The translations under genes were made by a program, and so were the position numbers. Positions 1 to 9,320 of a stretch of DNA of 64,000 nt are shown here, piece after piece (positions within the stretch are counted from its first letter, which is position 1; each line of letters begins with the position of its first letter). The notes beneath the pieces were generated by a model. The model did no database searches. It had not been told where the DNA came from and worked only from the letters and a program-made list of their open reading frames with translations. Source of the DNA: Trichormus sp. ATA11-4-KO1 (GTDB taxonomy: Bacteria; Cyanobacteriota; Cyanobacteriia; Cyanobacteriales; Nostocaceae); the NCBI GenBank assembly GCA_019358915.1, contig JAHHIM010000009.1, positions 81,223 through 145,222 of the forward strand, in the 5' to 3' direction.

Positions 1-1446
1 GGGGAAGGTTTCTTTGAGAATTTTGGCAACTTCTACAATCAGGTGTCTCATTTGTAAAGTAATGCGCTTACCCTCTACACCCCTAGCAAACGACAGCACC
101 TGCTTGACTAAATCGGCTCCCCGTTTAGCGTTAATTTCCAGAATTTCCAACAACCGCCGAGTTCGTTCATCAGCATCGGGAAATTTTAGTGGTAGAAGTT
201 GCGCTCCTGCCAAAATCGGTGTCAGAATATTATTCAGGTCGTGAGCAATGCCACTAGCTAGTGTACCGATACTTTCTAGGCGTTGAGCGCGGAACAATTG
301 TGCTTCTAAGCGTTTCTTTTCAGTAATGTCCGTATCAACAATCAGAATTGATTTCGGATTTCCCTGGGCGTCGCGTACCAAACTCCAACGGCTAGCTACT
401 AGAACTTCCTTCCCAGTTTTGGTGATTTTAGTTAACTCACCCTGCCACTGACCGTTAGTAATAATATTCAATAAAGCTGTTTGAATTTCCTGAGATGCTT
501 GGTGATACAGAAGCTGACTGGCATTTTTGCCCAAAGCTGCTTGAGCCTGCCAACCGTAGAGATTTTCTGCACCTTTATTCCAAAAGAGAATGTGATTTTC
601 TAAATCGCATACACAAATTGCATCAGTAGCAATGTCTAGTAAGGCTGCTTGTTCGCGAATTTTTTCTTCAGCCAACTTGCGTTCGTGCAACGCGGCTTGC
701 CGTTCGCTGATGTCGATACTGGCGCAAGTTATACCGATAATTTCTTGCGACTCATTCCGCAATGGCTCGACAGTCAAGTCATAATAGCGAATTCCTTGAG
801 GTGTGGTGATGGATACTTCCTCACGAGTCCCTATGCCGTTGGTCAGTACACTATGTTTAATAGCCATGAGACGCTGGGCATCTTTAGCTGGGATGAGATC
901 AAAGTCATGTTTACCCAACATGTCCTCACCCGTCCACCCAGACATGGAATTATAAACCCAGGTATAACGTAAATCTTGATCTTGGTTGAAAACAAAGATA
1001 GGAGAATTTTTCAGAGCCACCCGAAATCGCTCTTCACTCTGCCGCAGGGCATTTTCTGACCGTTGACGCTCAATGGCGTAGCGCATGGAACGTACCAACA
1101 AGTCACCAGTCACTTGTCCTTTAACCAAATAATCCTGTGCGCCTTCCTGCATTGCCCGGAGTGCCAGGGTTTCATCATCTATACCTGTCAGCACAATAAT
1201 CGGAGTTGCTTTTGCCTGACGAGCCACTTTGATAAAGGTTTCTAGTCCCTGGCTATCAGGCAGTGAAAGGTCTAATAGTATGACATCAAAGCTGTCGTTA
1301 GCTAAACACTCCAGTGCTTCCAAGAGCTGCTCAACTGGCTGCAACTCAACTTTAGCTGTAGTCACTTCTTTTAATAACTCTTGCAATAAAAAGACATCAC
1401 CAGGGTTATCTTCAACTAACAAGACTTTAATCAGTTTTCCTGCCAT
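1..1446 (-). CDS. Hybrid sensor kinase (N-terminal receiver, PAS domains, HisKA); runs off the window start
   Basis: Manual minus-strand translation from ATG at 1446: [25 protein letters not shown]...FDVILLDLSLPDSQG (receiver), then PAS segments, then AQRLESIGTLASGIAHDLNNILTPI (H-box). Not in the ORF track because it has no stop inside the window. Confidence 0.9.
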   Translation of the reverse strand, partial: MAGKLIKVLLVEDNPGDVFLLQELLKEVTTAKVELQPVEQLLEALECLANDSFDVILLDLSLPDSQGLETFIKVARQAKATPIIVLTGIDDETLALRAMQEGAQDYLVKGQVTGDLLVRSMRYAIERQRSENALRQSEERFRVALKNSPIFVFNQDQDLRYTWVYNSMSGWTGEDMLGKHDFDLIPAKDAQRLMAIKHSVLTNGIGTREEVSITTPQGIRYYDLTVEPLRNESQEIIGITCASIDISERQAALHERKLAEEKIREQAALLDIATDAICVCDLENHILFWNKGAENLYGWQAQAALGKNASQLLYHQASQEIQTALLNIITNGQWQGELTKITKTGKEVLVASRWSLVRDAQGNPKSILIVDTDITEKKRLEAQLFRAQRLESIGTLASGIAHDLNNILTPILAGAQLLPLKFPDADERTRRLLEILEINAKRGADLVKQVLSFARGVEGKRITLQMRHLIVEVAKILKETFP

Positions 1447-1451
1447 TTTTA

Positions 1452-1898
1452 TTACTCCGGTGGCAGTTTTACGATCGCAAACCAGAAGTTTTCGATGGAT
1501 TGTACAATTTTAACGAATTGGTCGAAGTCCACTGGCTTAGTGATAAAACAATTAGCAGACAGGTTATAAGCTTTGAGAACATCTTCTTCTGATTGAGAAG
1601 TTGTCAAAACAACTACAGGTATTCGCTTAAGACTCTGATCGGCTTTAATTTCTGCCAGCACCTCTCGCCCATCCTTTCTCGGTAAATTTAAATCGAGCAG
1701 TACAATATCTGGATGAGGCGCACTAGCATAATTTTCCTGTTTTCGCAAGAAGGCCATGGCCTCTACACCATCTTCAACCACATTTAGATTAACGGAGATT
1801 TTGCTATCTTCCAGGGCAATGCGTGTTAGTTGAGCATCGCCGGGATTGTCTTCTACTAACAAAACCTCTATAGGCATAATTGCTATTGTCGTCTTCAC
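1452..1898 (-). CDS. Single-domain response regulator, Rcp1/phytochrome-partner type
   Basis: [10 protein letters not shown]...[19 protein letters not shown]...KPVDFDQF...FWF. Lies directly downstream of a phytochrome-like histidine kinase. Confidence 0.9.
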   Translation of the reverse strand: MKTTIAIMPIEVLLVEDNPGDAQLTRIALEDSKISVNLNVVEDGVEAMAFLRKQENYASAPHPDIVLLDLNLPRKDGREVLAEIKADQSLKRIPVVVLTTSQSEEDVLKAYNLSANCFITKPVDFDQFVKIVQSIENFWFAIVKLPPE

Positions 1899-1915
1899 GA
1901 TTGTTTACCTTTCCC

Positions 1916-1939
1916 AGTGCTGAGTGCTGAGTGCTGAGT
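1916..1939 (+). repeat. Short tandem heptamer repeat (GTGCTGA)n, STRR-type
   Basis: cagtgctgagtgctgagtgctgagt; the same unit recurs near 31925-31970 and 50424-50479. Confidence 0.85.
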
Positions 1940-2132
1940 AGAGTAAAAAGGACGTACTTGGTACATCCCCCTGGTTTTTCAACTCAGTACAAGCTTTAAG
2001 CGCAGCTATGCCCGCAGGGCTGTACAGCACTTTCAACGATCGCACTTTTTACAGAATTTGGGATTGGGTACTGAGATGAAAAACTGAGATTTTTGTATAC
2101 AGTTTTCTTCATCCCTAATCCCTAGTCATGCT

Positions 2133-4706
2133 CTAAGCACTTTTACCTGCTTTTTCTGGAATTGTGAAGTAGAAAATCGAGCCTTGACCCGGTTTCGACT
2201 CAACCCAGATGCGGCCGCCGTGGCGTTCTATAATCTTCTTACAAATTGCCAACCCAATTCCAGTACCTGGGTATTTACTTCTACCATGCAAGCGTTGAAA
2301 AATGACAAAAATACGTTCAGCATATTGGGTTTCTATACCAATTCCATTATCGCGCACGGAAAATAGCCATTCATGGGCAGATGTCGGGAGTTGGGAGTTG
2401 GGAGTCGGGAGTAGTTCATCTGCTTCCTCTGCTCCTCTGACTGCACCGACATGAATTTTTAGTGGTAATTCCCCCCGGAATTTGATGGCGTTACCAATTA
2501 AATTTTGTAACACCTGTGTGAGTTGGCTAGGATCAGCTATGACTACAGGCAAAGGGTCATGGGTAATGATGGCACCACTCTCTTCAATGGTAAATTTGAG
2601 ATTAGCGATCGCCTGGTCAAAAACGGTCTGAAAATCAACTTCGACAAACGGCTGTCCCCGACTGGTGACACGGGAATAGTTTAACAAATCGTTGATCAGG
2701 TTTTGCATCCGCCGTGCCCCATCTACGGCGTAGGTGATAAACTGTTCGGCATTAGTGTCTAGTTGATTTTTATATTTGCGCTCTAACAACTGTAAATAAC
2801 TAGTCACCATCCGCAACGGTTCTTGCAAATCATGGGAAGCTACATAGGCGAACTGTTCTAACTCGGCATTGGAACGAGCCAGTTCTTGACTTTGACGGGT
2901 TTCTTGTTCTAAAAGTTGTGCTTGGGATAAGGCAATACCAATTTGGTTTGCTAGGTGTTCTAACAACTCCAACTCAAAGTTGTTCCACTGTCGAGGTGTT
3001 GCACATTGATGAGCAATTAACAAGCCCCAAATATTTTCCCTGACGAGAATTGGTACTACAAGATTAGCTTTGACTCCCAGCTGCTGAAGAAATTGCCGAT
3101 GGCAGTCTTGAATATTAGCTTGTTCAATATCTACAATCGCACTTACCCTGCCTTGGCGGTATTTTTCCACATAGCCTTGCTGAAAGCAGGGTTCGAGAAT
3201 CTTTTTTCCCAGAACTACAGGCCAACCAGGTAGTACTGCTTCTTGTACCACAGTTCCCGAACCATCAGCCCAAAGCCGAAAAATCAATACTCGGTCAGCT
3301 TGTAGTAGTTGTTGGACTTCATTGACAGTAGTTTGGAGAATTTCATCTAATTGTAAACTTTCGCGGATTTTTAGGGTAATTTCGGCAAATAGTTGCGATC
3401 GCCGATTCTGCCGCTTTAATTCTGCTTCTGCCCGCTTGCGATCGGCAATATCAGTATACGACCCTACCATGCGGACTACATTACCTGCCTCATCCCAAAG
3501 CGCTTGTCCGCGATCTAAAATCCATTTATAAGTGCCGTCTTTACATAAAATTCGATGCTCGGTGACATAAAAAGGTGTTTTTTTCGCAAAGTGATTCTCA
3601 AAAGCTTGAAGCACATGATCTAAGTCATCGGGATGAACTCGTTTTTGCCATTCATCCCAATGATGAGAAATTTCGTGGTCTGCATATCCCAGCATTTCCT
3701 TCCAACGAGTTGAATAAAACACTTCATTGGTCTGGACATTCCAGTCCCAAATGCCATCGTTATTACCATGTAAAGCTAATTGCCAACGTTCTTCACTTTG
3801 TCGCAGTGCAGCTGCTGTTTGCTGCCATTCGGTAATATCCTGGAAATATACAGATAAACCATCCCGTCCTGGATAAGCATGAACTCGAAACCAGGAGTTG
3901 AGCCGTGGATAAAATTCTTCAAATTCTACGCTAATTTGTTCAGCGATCGCTCTACGATACTCGTGATAAAATTTTGTTTCTATCAATTCTGGCAGTGCTT
4001 GCCAAATATTTTTACCCAATAGCTGATTTTGGGTTTTCTGCATTAGCCGCGCTGCTTGGCCGTTAATATAAGTAAATCGCCATTCTTGATCCAAGGCAAA
4101 AAACGCATCAGTAATGCTTTCAAGTATATTAGAGATCCGATTTTTCGCAGCTTCCGTAGTTGCCCTGGTCGTTTGCTCCTGAGTGAGTAAGTCCTCAGTA
4201 ATGCGCGCTACTTCAGCTACATTACGCCTCAATTCTAGTTGATTAATTACTAAGTGACTCAAAGCCACCAGTGCGTCTACTTGTTGTTGACTCAGTTCCC
4301 GTGGTACTCGGTCAAGTACACAAAGAGTTCCTAGCATATATCCCTTAGGAGTAATCAGGGGTATACCTGCATAAAACCGCACATAGGGATAAGAAGTTAC
4401 TACTGGATTTTTTGCCAACTTTTCATCAGCTAATGCATCTGGTACTACTACAACATCCCGTCGCTCTTGGCAAAGGTAAGATAACCCAACATCCCGAGGC
4501 ATTTCCGAGACATCCAAACCTAGTTTTGCTTTAAACCACTGCCGATTTTCATCAATAAAATTTACTAAGGCTATAGGTGTACCACAAATGAAAGCAGCTA
4601 GCTGGGCAAGATTGTCATAGGCTTCTTCCGGTTCCGTGTCCAGAATTTGATACTGGCGGAGAGCTTCCAGTCTCTCCGCTTCATTATAAGTAAATTCAGT
4701 TTTCAT
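2133..4706 (-). CDS. GAF-PAS-PAS-GAF(cyanobacteriochrome)-histidine kinase
   Basis: N-terminal GAF (EAERLEALRQYQILDT) and two PAS domains. CBCR GAF: DRVLIFR...EPCF...DCHRQFLQQLGVKANLVVPI. HisKA: FAYVASHDLQEPLR. HATPase: DNGIGI...GTGIGLAICKKI. Confidence 0.92.
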   Translation of the reverse strand: MKTEFTYNEAERLEALRQYQILDTEPEEAYDNLAQLAAFICGTPIALVNFIDENRQWFKAKLGLDVSEMPRDVGLSYLCQERRDVVVVPDALADEKLAKNPVVTSYPYVRFYAGIPLITPKGYMLGTLCVLDRVPRELSQQQVDALVALSHLVINQLELRRNVAEVARITEDLLTQEQTTRATTEAAKNRISNILESITDAFFALDQEWRFTYINGQAARLMQKTQNQLLGKNIWQALPELIETKFYHEYRRAIAEQISVEFEEFYPRLNSWFRVHAYPGRDGLSVYFQDITEWQQTAAALRQSEERWQLALHGNNDGIWDWNVQTNEVFYSTRWKEMLGYADHEISHHWDEWQKRVHPDDLDHVLQAFENHFAKKTPFYVTEHRILCKDGTYKWILDRGQALWDEAGNVVRMVGSYTDIADRKRAEAELKRQNRRSQLFAEITLKIRESLQLDEILQTTVNEVQQLLQADRVLIFRLWADGSGTVVQEAVLPGWPVVLGKKILEPCFQQGYVEKYRQGRVSAIVDIEQANIQDCHRQFLQQLGVKANLVVPILVRENIWGLLIAHQCATPRQWNNFELELLEHLANQIGIALSQAQLLEQETRQSQELARSNAELEQFAYVASHDLQEPLRMVTSYLQLLERKYKNQLDTNAEQFITYAVDGARRMQNLINDLLNYSRVTSRGQPFVEVDFQTVFDQAIANLKFTIEESGAIITHDPLPVVIADPSQLTQVLQNLIGNAIKFRGELPLKIHVGAVRGAEEADELLPTPNSQLPTSAHEWLFSVRDNGIGIETQYAERIFVIFQRLHGRSKYPGTGIGLAICKKIIERHGGRIWVESKPGQGSIFYFTIPEKAGKSA

Positions 4707-5045
4707 CTATTTTTATGAAAAAATTAAAAAATTAAAGTTTATTAAAAATTTGCGTTGTATTCTAAATTACTTAATACTCTCCCCACCTATAGCTTTTCAG
4801 GGGAATTTTTTTAATTTGTGCTGTTAACAAACTATAATTCCAGTCTAGCTTGACGAAAAAAGAATTTCTCCGCCCACGCAGAACTTAGAGCATCCCAACT
4901 TTTTCAAACACAAAACACAAAGCTTACATTCAACCTTTGCGCCCCTTGGCGTTTAAAAATAAACATTTGGAATGCACTCAGCACTTTGTTACAAGGGAGC
5001 ATACGTCACCGCATCTCCCTTTTTTAAATCATCCGTCTGCTCAGT

Positions 5046-5558
5046 CTATTTTGGCAATTGAGCGAAATTTTGCGGGTAAATTTCGATCTCCATATCTGAG
5101 TCCTCACGGCTAGCCAATGTCCGCTTGATTTGACCCAAATAAACTGGTACAGAAATTCCTGGTTCCGGATGGATAATGGTACGGGCGCGAATCGTCAGTT
5201 GATTGTCTCCCCGTGTACCTAAGCGACCGTAAGAATAAAGATTACTAGCTGCTTGACGTAGAGTTGCTTCTAATGCCGAAGGTGAGATTTCCGGTGATGT
5301 AGCAATCACCGTTTGCGTAGAACCATTATCATAAACTAGAGTATATTTCACGGCTCCCGGAATGACAGTGCGACTTAAAGGAACCAACGAGAGAGCAAAT
5401 AACCCCCCCGTCAGCACCAGCATAAAGCCAGTTGTACCTACCAGCCGAAAGCGAATACCCCACTTGAGAATAAAAGCCAGGATTGCTAGGGCAGCAAATA
5501 CCAATGTGGCAATACCCGACCATTGGGTGTACTGAAGAAAGTCAGCTGTTGTGAGCAT
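5046..5558 (-). CDS. ycf51: Ycf51 family protein (DUF2518)
   Basis: Two N-terminal TM helices, WGIRFRLVGTTGFM, YDNG, LEATLRQAASNLYSYGR motifs. Confidence 0.8.
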   Translation of the reverse strand: MLTTADFLQYTQWSGIATLVFAALAILAFILKWGIRFRLVGTTGFMLVLTGGLFALSLVPLSRTVIPGAVKYTLVYDNGSTQTVIATSPEISPSALEATLRQAASNLYSYGRLGTRGDNQLTIRARTIIHPEPGISVPVYLGQIKRTLASREDSDMEIEIYPQNFAQLPK

Positions 5559-5732
5559 ACAGATTGGCTACTTAGGCGTTTAATTGTTGATTACCGACAC
5601 ACCCATTTTACCGAGTGCTTACATTGTAGAGGTGGTCATCGGCATCTGATTTAGATTTTGTGTTTACCTGCTGTGTTCTGTTTGCCTAAATTTAGGTTCA
5701 ATAATGCTTAACTGTCGAAAAACTCAAAAAAT

Positions 5733-5865
5733 ATAAAAGGGCATCTAAATGTAGATGCCCGTTATGCAGGAAAACCCCAAAAGGGTTGTCCCTACACCTT
5801 CCCAACTATCAGCAACAGTGGCTAATTGAGGTTAGCCACACTCACAGTCACAAATGTGAATAATG
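5733..5865 (-). ncRNA. Candidate small RNA with three hairpins ending in an intrinsic terminator
   Basis: Minus-strand stems GTGGCTAA-cctcaa-TTAGCCAC, GGACAACCC-ttttg-GGGTTTTCC and GGGCATCTA-catt-TAGATGCCC followed by TTTT, in an ORF-free intergenic region. Confidence 0.45.
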
Positions 5866-6056
5866 TAATTTTAGTAACTAAAACTTATAAATGACTCCAG
5901 TGTAAATACTAGATGGTTTAGCTGATTTTCATGCCATTAAACGACAAAATTGTCTACAAAACGCAGTAAGTTTTCTATCAGTGTCAGTTGAAAAGCTGCG
6001 TTAAAGTTTGAGGGGTTAGTTTTTCAAAAAGAGCAAAATAAATCTGAGCGTAACCA

Positions 6057-6824
6057 ATGGCAAGAAATTTGTTTAGCGTTGAAAACAAAGTTGTTTGCAT
6101 CAGTGGCTCTAGCCGAGGGCTGGGAAAAGCACTTGCTCAGGGATTTGCAGAGCGAGGTGCAAAGGTAATTATTTCATCCTGGAATAGCGAAGAATTGACA
6201 ATTTGTCAACAAGAATTTGAGTTACAGGGCTTAGCTGTTGATTCGATTGTTGTAGATGTGAGAAATCGGGCTGAGTGTGGAAATTTTGTATCGACCGCAC
6301 TCAAATTACATGGAACCCTTGATGTGATGATTTGCAATGCAGGAATTGATGTCATCAAGCCTGCTGAACAGTATGAAGAAAACGAGTGGGATAAAATCCT
6401 CGATATTAATCTTCGTGGTTACTACTTCTGCGCTCAATTCGCTGCACAACATATGCTAGATGCAGGAAGTGGAAGCATTATCATGACCTCATCAATTGCT
6501 GGAGCTTTAGGAATTCCGGGACTAACACCTTATGCTGCCTCGAAAGGTGGTATTAATCAGCTAGTTCGCACAATGGCTGTGGAATGGGCACAGAGGGGTG
6601 TACGAGTAAATGCGATAGCACCTGGCTATATTGAGAACATCATGGTAGATGTCAAGTTTGATGAGAACGATCCCTACCAGCAGCGTGTAACTGACTTTAC
6701 GCCAATGGGACGGCGAGGCGCAGTTCATGAATTCTTGGGAGCATATCTGTTCTTGGCAAGTGAAGCGTCTTCCTATATTACTGGTGAGGTCTTATACGTT
6801 GATGGTGGTTACCATGCTGCATAG
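6057..6824 (+). CDS. SDR family oxidoreductase (gluconate-5-dehydrogenase/FabG-like)
   Basis: ISGSSRGLG, CNAG, YAASKGG, VNAIAPG, YITGEVLYVDGG motifs. Confidence 0.92.
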   Translation: MARNLFSVENKVVCISGSSRGLGKALAQGFAERGAKVIISSWNSEELTICQQEFELQGLAVDSIVVDVRNRAECGNFVSTALKLHGTLDVMICNAGIDVIKPAEQYEENEWDKILDINLRGYYFCAQFAAQHMLDAGSGSIIMTSSIAGALGIPGLTPYAASKGGINQLVRTMAVEWAQRGVRVNAIAPGYIENIMVDVKFDENDPYQQRVTDFTPMGRRGAVHEFLGAYLFLASEASSYITGEVLYVDGGYHAA

Positions 6825-7059
6825 CATCCTGAAATCGAGTTTTGGGCTGATTTAGCTACTATTGTCTTTACATAGTTCTAAATATTCGTGCATACTTACT
6901 CAGCGCTCTTCCGTCACTCTGGGATGAAACCTGAATTTTTCGTTGGCTGAAACAGCGAAAATTCGTGAAGTTTTCTAAGACTGATGAAAGAGCGTTAGTC
7001 AAAAGTCCTTAGTTTATAGTCACTTTTTTTATGTAAAAGTACTAATGACTAATGACTAA

Positions 7060-9216
7060 TTAAGGTAATGCCCTAGAGGTGACGGCTCGTTGCAATTGAG
7101 CCAAGGCGCGGTTGTAATCCAAAATTGCTTGGATACGATTACCTTCGGCTCTTGTCAAGTCGTTTTCGGAGTTAATGACATCAGTTTGAGTACCTACACC
7201 GGCTTGGAATCGCAAACGCGCTAAACGGAGAGCTTCCCTAGCTTGTTCTAAAGCAGCATTGGCAGTTTGCACATTTTCCAAATTAGATCGCTGGGTAGAA
7301 AAAGCTTGTTCTACCTGAAAGCGGATTTGGTTGCGCTGTTCACCAAACTGAGTTTCTGCGATCGCCACATTAGATTTCGCCTGAGATGCTCTAGCTCTTG
7401 CTGCTCCCCCGTCGTATAAATTCAAAGTAGCTCTGACTCCTACAGAATAGCCATCGGTAACGCTGATACTATCGTCGAACTGATCTAGCAGACTATAGCT
7501 AGCAACCAAGCTAACTTGAGGCCCTAAAGTGGAAAGTGCCTCCCGTCGTTGTTGCTCACTAATGTTGCGTTGTGCCAACTGCTGTTGTAGTTCTGGACGA
7601 TTTTGAAAAGCTAACACAATGCTACTTTCTAGGTCTTGGTTCCAAAGTCCTGCTAATTGCACTGGATCTGCGGCACTGATATTTACCGATTGCGGCAAAC
7701 TTAACCGAGCGGCTAGACGGCGACGAGCAATCTGCTGCTGAGAAAGGGCATTAGTCAAGTCTTGTTGCGAATTTGCCAAATTCACTTGCGATCGCAGCAC
7801 ATCAAATCGCGTACCTACCCCAGCTCGCTCCAAGGCTTGTGCATCGCGCAAACTAGCCTGGGCATTCTCTACAGATGATTGGGCAATGCGTACTTGTTCA
7901 TCTGCTTGTTGCAAATCATAATATTCAGTGGTGACATTCAAGCGAATTTCTTCAGATTGGCGCTCTACAGCCAACTCATTGAACCGCACTTGCTCTTCCG
8001 CCTGTCTGATGTTAGCTCGCCGTCTCCCAGAAGTAAAAATGTCATAGGTTAGTTGTGCTTGACCGCTAAACCCTGTACTAGCCTCAGATCCTGGCGATGG
8101 AATACCTGTCTGCTGTTCTTGTTGTCTCAGTTGTAGCTCACCGCCCGCAGAGCGGCTGCGAGTGATATCAGCACTCAAACCAACATTGGGCAATAAAGCT
8201 GCTTGGGCTTCGCGTAGAGCTGCTTGGGAGCGTTCTAGCTCCAATAAAGACACCTGTAAATCACGATTATTTCGCCGTGCTACTTCCAAAGCTTGTGCCA
8301 AACTCAGAGGCTGATTTTCCTCCAGTGCCACTTCCTCTGGTTTGGTGGGAAATAGCAGAGGATTGGCGCTTGGGATGAGGTTATCAGGAATTTGTACAGC
8401 ACCTGCTGGTGCAAATTCCACAGTTTCTGGTTGTGTGGGTATTTGCCCAGTATCAGCAGGTACAAATTGCGTGGGAGTTATTACCCCATCAGCATCTCCA
8501 GGGTTTGAGGTGAAATCAGGCGTATTGGGATTTTGAACTACCAAATTCCTAGTTAGATGTTGCGGTTGGCAGGCACTAGCCAGCGATATCTGTGCCTGTG
8601 AACAACTTGGTACCACTAGCAGCCTTGCCGCTCCTGTACCTCTAATCGCAGTTGGTAAAACTGTCTGTAACTGAGTTTGAGGAATTTTTGCAGACGCTGC
8701 TGGCTGCCGTAAAGCAGACAGGGAAAAGCTTGCTGTTTGAGCAGAAGTTTGTTTGGCTGTGGCAGTAGGAACGATTATTGGCTCTATTTGCTCAGAAGTA
8801 GCAATAGTGCTGTGTTTTTGGTTGCTTTTAAAAAGATGCTGTTGTAAGCGTTGGGTGGAATTTAAGCTAGGTGTGAAACGTGAAAATTTACCTTGATCTT
8901 TTTTAGATCTTTGTTCTATGGGTATAACAGTATTTCCTGTCAAGATCACTGGGTTACTATTACTACTTAAAGATGGCAAATTAAGTGTAGCTAATCCAGT
9001 TTCGGGTACTATATCTGGAAAACTCTGTGCCACAGTATTAGACAGTTGGGTATTAATATTACCCACAACTAAGGTTCGACTATCAGTAGCAGTCAAAACA
9101 CTAGGAGAAGACGCTAATTGTACGCCACTTACTGTGCCAGCCAAGGCAGGCTGGGTTGTTAATACTGCTACTGTGACACCAGGTAAGAAACTATGGAATA
9201 AGTATTGTCCTTTCAC
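7060..9216 (-). CDS. tolC: TolC-family outer membrane efflux protein (HgdD-like)
   Basis: Signal peptide, long low-complexity N-terminus, two OEP repeats (LSLAQALEVARRNNRDL...RLRFQAGVGTQTDV). Position downstream of kaiC matches my recollection of Anabaena hgdD. Confidence 0.9.
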   Translation of the reverse strand: MKGQYLFHSFLPGVTVAVLTTQPALAGTVSGVQLASSPSVLTATDSRTLVVGNINTQLSNTVAQSFPDIVPETGLATLNLPSLSSNSNPVILTGNTVIPIEQRSKKDQGKFSRFTPSLNSTQRLQQHLFKSNQKHSTIATSEQIEPIIVPTATAKQTSAQTASFSLSALRQPAASAKIPQTQLQTVLPTAIRGTGAARLLVVPSCSQAQISLASACQPQHLTRNLVVQNPNTPDFTSNPGDADGVITPTQFVPADTGQIPTQPETVEFAPAGAVQIPDNLIPSANPLLFPTKPEEVALEENQPLSLAQALEVARRNNRDLQVSLLELERSQAALREAQAALLPNVGLSADITRSRSAGGELQLRQQEQQTGIPSPGSEASTGFSGQAQLTYDIFTSGRRRANIRQAEEQVRFNELAVERQSEEIRLNVTTEYYDLQQADEQVRIAQSSVENAQASLRDAQALERAGVGTRFDVLRSQVNLANSQQDLTNALSQQQIARRRLAARLSLPQSVNISAADPVQLAGLWNQDLESSIVLAFQNRPELQQQLAQRNISEQQRREALSTLGPQVSLVASYSLLDQFDDSISVTDGYSVGVRATLNLYDGGAARARASQAKSNVAIAETQFGEQRNQIRFQVEQAFSTQRSNLENVQTANAALEQAREALRLARLRFQAGVGTQTDVINSENDLTRAEGNRIQAILDYNRALAQLQRAVTSRALP

Positions 9217-9320
9217 CGCATCCCCTCACACAAAAATCAATCTAGCGGCAGAAAACCCTTCTTCTCCACAGAATATAGCATGATCCTAAATTTAGAAATG
9301 AATATAGCACGATACTAAAT

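Noticed and set aside
14..1513. Short plus-strand ORFs, and similar shadow ORFs throughout the window
   Set aside because: They are antisense to clear protein-coding genes and have no motifs.
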